From positions 1 through 46,200 of the forward strand of contig JANMKN010000300.1 in assembly GCA_031372065.1 (NCBI GenBank): 46,200 nucleotides of DNA, given 5' to 3'. The notes under the pieces were generated by a model. It saw only the letters and a list, made by a program, of their open reading frames with translations. It searched no databases and was not told the origin of the DNA. This DNA is from Abditibacteriaceae bacterium. GTDB lineage: Bacteria > Armatimonadota > Abditibacteriia > Abditibacteriales > Abditibacteriaceae. Of this stretch, positions 37,185-45,703 are shown one piece after another (within the stretch, counting starts at the first letter, position 1; each line of letters starts with the position of its first letter). Made by a program: the position numbers and the translations under genes.

Positions 37185-38192
37185 TTACTCAAGCAATTTT
37201 TCAATCGCCACTTGCATAACCGGCGAGTTAATGTCTTTGGTGGGCAGTTGATGGACACTCCAGCGAATGGCGTGCTGCCAGCGCGAACCGACTTTATAAA
37301 GACGCAGCGGCGAAAGCAGTTCTAACTCGTTGTAATGCACATCGGTTGGCCCCATATTCCATAATTCAACAGGAAAACCGGCTTCTAAAGCGCCATCGGG
37401 ATAATCGCCTGCGGGCTTGTCGGAGCGCGCCCGAAATGCCCAACCGTCGCGCACCGCAATAGCTGCCGAAACAGGGGCATCGGTGCCGATTTTGAAATTG
37501 TTTTTGTCGTCGCCTGCGCTGGGAAGAACGCGCAAAAGTCCCGGAGACAGTAACTTAGCATCCACTTCGACTTTGGGCGGATTAATCCACAGAAAATTGT
37601 TTTTATACGGGCTTGACGGATTGAGTGGCAGAAAAATCGCTTCGGGCGGCACGATTTGAATCACGCTCCACAACGAAAAATAAACCGCATCGCCTTCGAT
37701 TTTATCAGCCGCTTGCGAGACGACGAAATCGCCGTTAATATCGAACCAAAATTCGCGCACGACACGCGCGCCCAGCGGTTTTTGCAAGGGGCTAATCATC
37801 CACAATTTGCCACCTTTCACGCCCGCTTTGTGCTTGGCGCCGTCCCACATTGGCGGCGGCGGCCAACTTTTGCCGCTCATGGCAGGCCACTGATTTTGTG
37901 GCGCGGGCCATGTTTTATCACCGCCATAATTTTTCCATTCGCCGGGATTGTAATTTTGCTTTGGCCCGTTCCACAACCAGTTGATGCCACCAACGCGGCC
38001 AAAACGCATGACGCGCCCATAATCCGGCACAATGATGGCCTCGCTTTGCCCATCCGACAAGCGCCATGCTTCATGCCCATCAAATTGCATTTTTTCAATG
38101 CTGTGCCTATCACGCGACAAATCGTATTTCTGCTGCTGCGCTATCGCGGCGGCGCTCATCAAAAGTAAACCCGCCAACCAGAATTTTTTCAT
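37185..38192 (-). CDS. Secreted DUF4380-like protein
   Basis: gaggag RBS; signal peptide; IVPDYGRVMRF, WKNYGGDKTWPAPQ, YPDG, YNELELLSP. Confidence 0.75.
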   Translation of the reverse strand: MKKFWLAGLLLMSAAAIAQQQKYDLSRDRHSIEKMQFDGHEAWRLSDGQSEAIIVPDYGRVMRFGRVGGINWLWNGPKQNYNPGEWKNYGGDKTWPAPQNQWPAMSGKSWPPPPMWDGAKHKAGVKGGKLWMISPLQKPLGARVVREFWFDINGDFVVSQAADKIEGDAVYFSLWSVIQIVPPEAIFLPLNPSSPYKNNFLWINPPKVEVDAKLLSPGLLRVLPSAGDDKNNFKIGTDAPVSAAIAVRDGWAFRARSDKPAGDYPDGALEAGFPVELWNMGPTDVHYNELELLSPLRLYKVGSRWQHAIRWSVHQLPTKDINSPVMQVAIEKLLE

Positions 38193-38200
38193 GTGTCTCC

Positions 38201-38890
38201 TCAACGAAAGCTCGATTTTTCCGGCATCATTTCTTTCCAATTAAACACTTGCGCGGCTTGCACACCATCGGGCGTGATGGCAAAAAACTGCACCACGCTC
38301 GAAGCGAAATTGGCTAAGGCGAAAACCGGGCCATGAACGTGTTTTAATTGCCCACCGTTGATGATGGTGAGCGGATTCTTATCGCGCGCGAAGCGGCGCA
38401 CCATCAGTTTATGTGTGTGACCTGCCACCACAAAAGCAATGTCGGGCTGCCAGTAAATTTTCAGCAAATCCAGATTGTTTTCCAAGCCGTAGCCGTAATC
38501 GCCCGGCTCCAAGCGGCCCATGTCGTTGGCCCCCATGCCATGACACAAAAGCAGCGTGCCCGCGACAGTTTCGATTTCGATCATCAGTGGCAAGGCGCGC
38601 AGAAATTCCCACGTTCGATCTGCGACATCTTCTATCTGCGTGGCCTCGTCCCAATCACGTGCTTCGCCGTTGAGTAGCCAGCGATCATGATTGCCGCGCA
38701 CTGTTAAAATGTGGTGTTCACGCAGCAAATCGCACACGCGATTGAGGTCGCCGCGCCCATCGCACAAATCGCCGACGCAAAGCAGTTTTTCTGCGCCCGC
38801 GCGCTGCAAATAATCAATCGCCGTCGCCAGATATTCATCTTCGCCATGCACATCGGGAATCAGGCCGAGAGTTTGAAAAGGTTGGCTCAT
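38201..38890 (-). CDS. Calcineurin-like metallophosphoesterase
   Basis: DVHG, GDLCD, VRGNHD, CHG, GHTH motifs. Confidence 0.92.
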   Translation of the reverse strand: MSQPFQTLGLIPDVHGEDEYLATAIDYLQRAGAEKLLCVGDLCDGRGDLNRVCDLLREHHILTVRGNHDRWLLNGEARDWDEATQIEDVADRTWEFLRALPLMIEIETVAGTLLLCHGMGANDMGRLEPGDYGYGLENNLDLLKIYWQPDIAFVVAGHTHKLMVRRFARDKNPLTIINGGQLKHVHGPVFALANFASSVVQFFAITPDGVQAAQVFNWKEMMPEKSSFR

Positions 38891-38894
38891 AAAA

Positions 38895-39119
38895 TTATTT
38901 GTTGTTCTTTCGCCGATTTAAAAATGCGGCGTAAAAACCAAAACCGATTGAAAGCAAAATCATTCCAACGGTGAATTGAAGAACGAAATTCCAAAATCCA
39001 ACCACGAAGAGGTCTGCGATGTGCTTCGCTAATTGCAGACAAACCACAACGCAAAAAGCAATCAGCACCAGCTTCAATATTTCTTTTAAATTGATCTCGT
39101 TTGGCTGTTTAGTTTTCAT
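38895..39119 (-). CDS. Small two-TM membrane protein
   Basis: Two hydrophobic segments, basic C-terminus; fills the gap between co-directional genes; start may be 39137. Confidence 0.6.
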   Translation of the reverse strand: MKTKQPNEINLKEILKLVLIAFCVVVCLQLAKHIADLFVVGFWNFVLQFTVGMILLSIGFGFYAAFLNRRKNNK

Positions 39120-39124
39120 TTTAA

Positions 39125-41299
39125 TCACCACGTCCATTCGCGGCGCACGCCGGTTAAATCGAGGGCGGCGCCGTTTGGCAACAGTTCGATGCCAGTCACT
39201 TGCGGCGTTTCGGTCACGACTTCAAGAACCGTAGCAAGGCGCCAATTGGTGCCGGGCGAACGCAAAAATAAAGCGCCTTGATCGTCGGCGAACGGCTGGC
39301 CGATGGTGCGCCCACTTGTCGCTTCAAAGGGCGCGCTGGATGTGCTGTGCAAGCGCAATTGCAAGTTGGGTTGCACCTGCCAGATGGCGCGCAGATTTCG
39401 CGTTGCCACCAAACCTTTGCGCGCCGTAAATTGTGCCCATTCTTTGTCTTTGGGTAGCGGTGGCAAAATCATATTGAACGGCGCCACGTCGCCAACGGGC
39501 GGCACTTCTTCCATCTGCAAGGCTCCATAAGCATGATACATCCAGTTGAAACGCTGCGGCGCGACGCTTTGGAATTCATCAATCAAAATCACAAGCGGCG
39601 GCGCGAAAAAAACGGTGCGACGGAACGTCATTCCGCCAGTTTTGATTTCGCCGCGCGCGCGTTTTTTGTCCGGCTCCCAAACCAAAGTCGCCTCACCTTT
39701 TTGCGATTGCTCATTGGCAAACAAGGTGTTGTGCGCCAACGTAGTGCGATGATAATCGCCGGTTTGAGCGCGCAGGGCGTAGCCCGGCTCACCTAAATCG
39801 GGCGAGATTTGCTGGCCTTCGGCGTGCAGAAAAATCGAAAGCCGATCAGGATGATCGTGCCCGCCGACAAATTTGCCGCAGCGAAACAAAAGCCATATTT
39901 CCGGCTGGCTTTCGCGAAAAACGCCGATTCTCGCCACTGGCAAACGCGTATGGCGCGGCGCCAATTTCAGCGCAACCGGCATACGATGCGGCCCGAAAGC
40001 CAAGGCTGCCAAATCAGTGCGCGGCGCGGCGCTTTGCTCGTAAATATGCGCCAAAGCCGGGCCGTATTTGTTGAGATTTAGTTTGCCCGCCGCATATTCG
40101 TAAACATGACGATAAAGCTCAAGGGAAAAATGGCGCGGCGCGCCAAAATCGCTCAGAGCAGGCAAGCGGCCTTGCGCATCAGCCAATTGCAGCGGCGCCT
40201 CAAACATCGCTTCAAAGCGCCGCTCAATTTCCGGCGCGATTTTTACGCCCTGCCGCGCCGCCAGTTCGCGCAAGGGAATCAGCGTCGTCAGCGAGTAAAA
40301 ATGATAAAACAGCGTGCCTTCGCCCCACAAACCATCGCACTGATCATTGACAAGCGGCACGCCTTGACGCAGTTGTTCGGTAAAGCCGTTGTTGCCGGTC
40401 AGGGCGCGAGAAATCCAATCGGGACGATCCCATAATTCGCCCGCCAAGCCGATGGCCGCCGAGGCGAAACAGCCCATATTATGCGCGCCTTTGCCGTTTA
40501 AAAATGTCATCAAAAACGGCACGCGTTCCTCGAAAACAGCTTTGATTTTGGCGCGCATTTGCTCGCTGATTTTGTCTTTGACGAAGCTGCACGCATTCGT
40601 CATCAGCAGCAAAATGCCCGCGTCGTAAAGCGGCTGAAAATAAACCGCGCCTGCTGTGCCGCCTTTGGCAACTTCGCCGGGCTTTTCGGGGCCGATTACA
40701 GCAAAGTGTTCGCTTAACACGAGGAGGCCGTGCTCGACCCAACGCAAATATTTTTCGTCGCCCGTTAATTGATAAAGCAGGCCCAAGCTACGCATGATGC
40801 GCAAAGTGCGTTCGTGCGCCAGCAAAACCCACGCGCGATGCTGGGCGGCATTGCCTTCGCGCTGTTTGGTGAGCGGGTCGAGAAATTTTTCGCTTTGCTG
40901 CGGCTCGAAAAAAAGCGGGCCGCCGCTGCCCCGGCTATAAAAATCGTGACGCCATCCGGCGCGTTCTGGCGGCAATTGCGGCGGCGTTTTTAAAACCAAT
41001 TCGGCTTCTTCGCGCAACCAGCCAAAGAGCTTGCGCGCCCATTCCTGCCCGTCAATTTTGCGCCGCGCTTCATTTGTAATCTCGCTGCCAAAATACAGCG
41101 GCGGCCACACATCTTCGAGTAGCCAACCAGAATCATCGGGAGAAGGCGTGTAAGGTCGGTTGGGAATTTTGCCCGCCGGAAGCCGTTCGCGTTGATAAGA
41201 AGGCGCATTTTGCGATTGAGCCGAAGCATCCATAAGCGGCCAAAACGCGCCCCACAAAACGCTGCGGCGCAGATATTCACGGCGAGAAAGCGGAGGCAT
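39125..41299 (-). CDS. Heparinase II/III-like polysaccharide lyase, Tat-exported
   Basis: SRREYL Tat motif; GWRHDF, HNM, DGLWGEGTLFYHFY, GHDHPDRLS, TLAHNTL. Confidence 0.85.
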   Translation of the reverse strand: MPPLSRREYLRRSVLWGAFWPLMDASAQSQNAPSYQRERLPAGKIPNRPYTPSPDDSGWLLEDVWPPLYFGSEITNEARRKIDGQEWARKLFGWLREEAELVLKTPPQLPPERAGWRHDFYSRGSGGPLFFEPQQSEKFLDPLTKQREGNAAQHRAWVLLAHERTLRIMRSLGLLYQLTGDEKYLRWVEHGLLVLSEHFAVIGPEKPGEVAKGGTAGAVYFQPLYDAGILLLMTNACSFVKDKISEQMRAKIKAVFEERVPFLMTFLNGKGAHNMGCFASAAIGLAGELWDRPDWISRALTGNNGFTEQLRQGVPLVNDQCDGLWGEGTLFYHFYSLTTLIPLRELAARQGVKIAPEIERRFEAMFEAPLQLADAQGRLPALSDFGAPRHFSLELYRHVYEYAAGKLNLNKYGPALAHIYEQSAAPRTDLAALAFGPHRMPVALKLAPRHTRLPVARIGVFRESQPEIWLLFRCGKFVGGHDHPDRLSIFLHAEGQQISPDLGEPGYALRAQTGDYHRTTLAHNTLFANEQSQKGEATLVWEPDKKRARGEIKTGGMTFRRTVFFAPPLVILIDEFQSVAPQRFNWMYHAYGALQMEEVPPVGDVAPFNMILPPLPKDKEWAQFTARKGLVATRNLRAIWQVQPNLQLRLHSTSSAPFEATSGRTIGQPFADDQGALFLRSPGTNWRLATVLEVVTETPQVTGIELLPNGAALDLTGVRREWTW

Positions 41300-41332
41300 A
41301 AATTTATTTTAGCGCGCCGCGCCACCTAAAAC

Positions 41333-41361
41333 GAAAATGCCCCGCTAAAATTAAGCGGGGC
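41333..41361 (-). terminator. Rho-independent terminator after the AP2-domain gene
   Basis: gccccgct-7nt-agcggggc stem with a T-rich tail on the minus strand. Confidence 0.6.
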
Positions 41362-41381
41362 GCTTTGTTTGGCGGCTCTTT

Positions 41382-41963
41382 TTAGAAAGCTGTTTCTGTT
41401 TTATAAATGGCGTCGCCGAAACATTCTTTTTCTTTTTCGCGGCGAATTTCGCGGGCGCGGCGCAGGGCTTCTTCTTGCCCGTATTTGCTGACAGAAACCG
41501 TGGTGCGGCTGACTTTGCCGGCTTCGGGCGTCCATGTCACTTCGTAGACATCGCGCTGATAAACTCTGCCGCGTTTGACGTGGCGGGCGTTGCGGCGATG
41601 GATGCCGATTTCGCGGTCATCCACGATGGTTTTCTTGCGCACTGAACGCTCGGTGCGCGGCTTGCCCATTACTTGTTCCATTTCGTCGCGCCATTGAATC
41701 GCTTCGCGCAAGGCGTTTTCCTGGCCACCCCACAAGTCGTCGCTAAAAGTTTTGCGCACATAAGCGCCTTGAAAATAAATACGCACATACCACGCGCAAT
41801 GTTTTAGCGTTTCGATGCGCGAAATGCTCTTGGGATACTGCCCCCAAGTGCCCGCCGCCTTGCTTTTCGGCGGTTTTTTCTCGTCTTGCGATTCTGACAC
41901 GTCGCTTTGTGGCTCTGATGCTTCGCTTTGTGGCTGCATTTCCATCATTTCCAAACCTTTCAT
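41382..41963 (-). CDS. AP2-domain-like DNA-binding protein (two AP2-like units, no nuclease domain)
   Basis: WYVRI...RKTFSDDLWGGQENALREAIQWRD and YEVTW...VSVSKYGQEEALRRAREIRR match the three-strand plus helix AP2 pattern. Confidence 0.7.
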   Translation of the reverse strand: MKGLEMMEMQPQSEASEPQSDVSESQDEKKPPKSKAAGTWGQYPKSISRIETLKHCAWYVRIYFQGAYVRKTFSDDLWGGQENALREAIQWRDEMEQVMGKPRTERSVRKKTIVDDREIGIHRRNARHVKRGRVYQRDVYEVTWTPEAGKVSRTTVSVSKYGQEEALRRAREIRREKEKECFGDAIYKTETAF

Positions 41964-42009
41964 GAAATCGTTTTTATTTTAACAATTTCGCGGCGCATGA
42001 AAATGACTT

Positions 42010-44661
42010 TTACTTCGTCACCAGATAATAAAGCACGTTTGGTTGCAAAGTCAGCGGCGCGGCCAAGAGCGATTTATCTTGCGGCAAAGCGTAGCCATTG
42101 AAGTCGAGCGGCGTGATTTTGAGTTGCGCGGCATCGGCGCGTTTAAAAGAAACGGTGCCCGCCAAATTTTTGATGACAAGCGGCGTGGCGCCGGTGTTTT
42201 TAATGTCGCGCGGGCCGGTTTCGCTGCTGGTTTCCCAACCGTAATTTTTCTCTTCCGACATCACTTGCACCAGCATTTTTTGCGAAGTTGACAGCGGCTG
42301 TGCGTCCAATGCCACAATGCTAATCGCGCCATAGTCGAGCGGGGTTTGAATGGTTACATCACCCAAATCAATGGCGCCGAGTTGCGCTAAAAATCCCGTC
42401 ACGGCTTGCGCGCCGGGCGCGCGGCAAAAAACGGCGCCACGCCCGTAATCCCATGTCAATTCGCCCGTCGCGCTCTTGACGGTTTTGCTTTGGCGATCAA
42501 TAAACGACCTCAAATCGGCGGCGCGGTCTTGGCCCTTGTCAAAAAGCAATTCGACGCGCCCGACAAGGGGCGCGAGTGGGTCAACGCCCGCAACTTTTTC
42601 GACGGGCGCGCTTTGGCCTTTTGGTAAATCGGCGGCGCGCAAGGCATCGAAATTTTGCGGCGCAGAAACCGGCGCGCCTTTTAAAGATAGCAACTCTTCG
42701 GGCGGCAAATGGGCTTCGACAACCGTTGGCGCCACTTGAATTAAAGCGCGGCGGAAGGCAAAGGCGATAGCGGGAAACTGGCCTTGCACGCTGGGCGTTT
42801 GAATCGAAAATTTGCGCAGCACATCGTCCCATGCGGGCGCGCCATCGGCGAAGAAAACAAAGGCATCGGAGCCTTGCAGCGAACCATAGGCGGCGCAAAG
42901 CAGCGGCATTTCGGCGCGAAAACGATTGGGCGGCGGCCAGTTGATTTCGGAAATCATCGAAGGCTTGCCGTTTTGCACATCGAAGATCGGCAAACCAAAA
43001 TCGATTTCGCCTTTTTCGTTCTTGAAAAACAGCGCGCTGCGATCATCGTATTTATCGCCGGACGAAATCGAATAACCGGCGCGCGGGCCTTCGTGCGGGC
43101 CACCGAAATAGCCGTGCCTATCCATGAAATCGGCAGAAGCATTCGTCCATTTATCCAGCGGCCCCAGATATTGCGGGCTGGCAGTTGTCCAGTTCGAGGC
43201 GTAAACCGTGGCCTTGTAACCGAGGTCGTTTTTCAAAAACGCGAGGTGCTTTTCGTAGAACTCTTTCTGATTGAACGCCAAAAACGCGGCGGTGTCTTGC
43301 GAGCGTAAATCGCGCTTGTTGAAGACTTCCCACAATTGCAGAAACCCGGCGCGATTTTGCGCGGGTTCATCGCCGCGCACTTTAGCGCCGCCCCATTTTT
43401 GCAGGGCGTTTTCGATGCTGCCGTATTTATTTTGGAGCCACGCGCCGAATTGCGTTTCGAGCGTGATTGTTTGATTTTCCGGCAAGGTTTCGTAAGGCTT
43501 GAACGTCCAGAAGAAATGCGATTCTTCGTTGACCAATTCACACATGGCAACGGCGGGTTCATTGCTTAAAGTTGCGCCGGTGTAGGGATTTTTGACCGCG
43601 AGAATGGCGCGCCACCAATTGCGATAGATTTCTTGAAACTGCGGGTTAAAATAAATTAAATCGAACGGCTTTTGCCCGTTTTTGTAGCCTGTAATCGGCG
43701 ACTTTTCCAGTTCCATCCACAACGGAAAATAAATCGAAAGACACGAATAAATGCCTTCTTTTTTCAGCGCGGCGATGAAATAAAACAAATTGTCGCGCTC
43801 TTTTTCGTTGACTTTGGTGATGTCGCCCGTCTCGAAAACGCCGCCGTGAATTCGCACTAAATTGACGCCCATTTTGGCTTGCGTTCGCGCAAAACTATCA
43901 ATCGTGGCGCGCGGCCAATTGATCGCTTCGTGGCCGACATTGACGCCCCAAAAACGCAAACGCTCACCGCTGCCACTATAAATAAATTCGCGCCCGCGCG
44001 CTTGGATAAAACCGTGTTCACCGGCGAATTTTTCGTTGAGATAACGCAAATCTATCGGCGATTCTCGAAACGTATCGGCGTCCGGCTCAAAAGGAAACCA
44101 GCCTTGCGGAGCGCGATTATATTTTTCGCCCGGCTTCATCTTGCCGCGCGGTTGAAAGGGCGCGGTGGTTAAAACGAAAGCATCAAAGGCCGCCGCGCCG
44201 TCTTTTTCGAGCAATTCGACGCGCAGCGTGTGTTTTCCCGCCGCGACTTTCTCATCGCCCGCGCCGACCCAGTTGGCGCCGACAAACTGGCGAATCGGCG
44301 CGTCATCAAGCAGCGCGATGTCTTTGCCGACTTCATGCCACGGCTTGTCATCAAGGCACCAGCGAAACGGGCCGTGTTTCCAAAATTTGCGCGCATAAAG
44401 CTGATAATCGCCCGCTTTGGGCAAGTTCACATCGTATTCGAGAAACAGATTTTTATCGCGCTTGCCATCGGCGCCAATCCACGCGCCGCCCGATAAAACA
44501 TCGGCTTCCTGCACGCCATTGGGCATAAAGGAATGGCGTTGGGGAAAATCTGTGCGCTGCGGTTTTTCGCCTTCAATCCACACCCAATCATTTTGCGCCT
44601 GCGCCTTTTCCACGCCGCAACCCGACACCAGCAAAGCCAGCCCCAGCAGAAGTTTTTTCAT
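42010..44661 (-). CDS. Lipoprotein glycoside hydrolase (clan GH-A-like) with N-terminal carbohydrate-binding-like domain
   Basis: Lipobox VSGC after MKKLLL; RFWGVN, GVNLVRIH, NPYTG, ELVNEE (acid/base), DRHGY, KPSMISE (nucleophile). Confidence 0.8.
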   Translation of the reverse strand: MKKLLLGLALLVSGCGVEKAQAQNDWVWIEGEKPQRTDFPQRHSFMPNGVQEADVLSGGAWIGADGKRDKNLFLEYDVNLPKAGDYQLYARKFWKHGPFRWCLDDKPWHEVGKDIALLDDAPIRQFVGANWVGAGDEKVAAGKHTLRVELLEKDGAAAFDAFVLTTAPFQPRGKMKPGEKYNRAPQGWFPFEPDADTFRESPIDLRYLNEKFAGEHGFIQARGREFIYSGSGERLRFWGVNVGHEAINWPRATIDSFARTQAKMGVNLVRIHGGVFETGDITKVNEKERDNLFYFIAALKKEGIYSCLSIYFPLWMELEKSPITGYKNGQKPFDLIYFNPQFQEIYRNWWRAILAVKNPYTGATLSNEPAVAMCELVNEESHFFWTFKPYETLPENQTITLETQFGAWLQNKYGSIENALQKWGGAKVRGDEPAQNRAGFLQLWEVFNKRDLRSQDTAAFLAFNQKEFYEKHLAFLKNDLGYKATVYASNWTTASPQYLGPLDKWTNASADFMDRHGYFGGPHEGPRAGYSISSGDKYDDRSALFFKNEKGEIDFGLPIFDVQNGKPSMISEINWPPPNRFRAEMPLLCAAYGSLQGSDAFVFFADGAPAWDDVLRKFSIQTPSVQGQFPAIAFAFRRALIQVAPTVVEAHLPPEELLSLKGAPVSAPQNFDALRAADLPKGQSAPVEKVAGVDPLAPLVGRVELLFDKGQDRAADLRSFIDRQSKTVKSATGELTWDYGRGAVFCRAPGAQAVTGFLAQLGAIDLGDVTIQTPLDYGAISIVALDAQPLSTSQKMLVQVMSEEKNYGWETSSETGPRDIKNTGATPLVIKNLAGTVSFKRADAAQLKITPLDFNGYALPQDKSLLAAPLTLQPNVLYYLVTK

Positions 44662-44731
44662 GATGTGATTCCTGATGTTATGAAGACCACGCGCATAGGC
44701 CGAAAGTCGCACCAAAGCATAAACTAACGCC

Positions 44732-45670
44732 ATGAAACGCCGCCCGTGGAAATTCGCGCTGTTACTTCTGGTGCCGCTGGCGCTGTATTTTTACATCGCC
44801 GAGCGCAATTCGTGGCGGCCTAAAACGATTCGAATCTACTCATTTGATCCGGTTTTTCTTGAGTTCTCGCCTGATGGCCGCACGCTCATTTTCGGAGATG
44901 GAGGTGAGTTTAATATTTATGTTTGTGATGTCGCCTTGCGGTCACAAAGAGTCATCCTCGAAGATGCCTACGCTCACTGTTTTATTGAAAATGGAAAATA
45001 TTTAGCTGCTGTTGTAAGTGAATCAAACGAAAGTCGTGTGAAAATTTTTTCGATGCCAGATGGAGCAGAGATAGCTTCTGGACCGAAAAATTTCAGGCCT
45101 ATAGGCACCTTAGCCGATGAATCTACAATTATCGGGCATATCCCGAATGAGGCCAATTATTGCACTCTTTACCGTTGGAATTGGCACTTTGATAGTAAGC
45201 CTCAGCCTTATAAGCGACTGACTCAACAACCCACACGTCGTCTACGGATTCTGGCCGATAAAACGACTTTGACTGACGGAGAACAGTTTTGGGATTTAGC
45301 CACCGGCAAATTGCGGTTTAAAAATAATTCATCCTTGCGGTATGAATTTGATAATGCATCCCGTTTCATGACTTCTCTTACGGCTGACCGAAAAACAGTG
45401 CAAATCTGGAATTGTAAAACGGGTAAAAAACAAAAGTCTATGCCTTTTAATTCGTTGATTCGTTTCGCTAAAGTTTCGCCCGACGGCACATTGTTAGCGG
45501 AAAGCAGTATGAAGCCCCAAGTGAATCTTTGGGATGTTCAAAGCGGAAAGGTAGTGCGCCAATTGGATTGGTCACAGGGTCATAATTATAGCGAGGCTTT
45601 TTCCTGTGATGGTCGCACCTTTGCCATAGCTGACCAGCAGGCTATTATTCACTTATGGCGCATTAAATGA
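44732..45670 (+). CDS. Membrane-anchored WD40-repeat protein
   Basis: N-terminal TM; FSPDGRTL, FWDLATG, VQIWN, VSPDGTLLA, VNLWDVQSG, FSCDGRTFA, IHLWRIK. Confidence 0.88.
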   Translation: MKRRPWKFALLLLVPLALYFYIAERNSWRPKTIRIYSFDPVFLEFSPDGRTLIFGDGGEFNIYVCDVALRSQRVILEDAYAHCFIENGKYLAAVVSESNESRVKIFSMPDGAEIASGPKNFRPIGTLADESTIIGHIPNEANYCTLYRWNWHFDSKPQPYKRLTQQPTRRLRILADKTTLTDGEQFWDLATGKLRFKNNSSLRYEFDNASRFMTSLTADRKTVQIWNCKTGKKQKSMPFNSLIRFAKVSPDGTLLAESSMKPQVNLWDVQSGKVVRQLDWSQGHNYSEAFSCDGRTFAIADQQAIIHLWRIK

Positions 45671-45703
45671 GTTTGGGGCCGAATTCGCGGCGATTTGGCG
45701 CTT

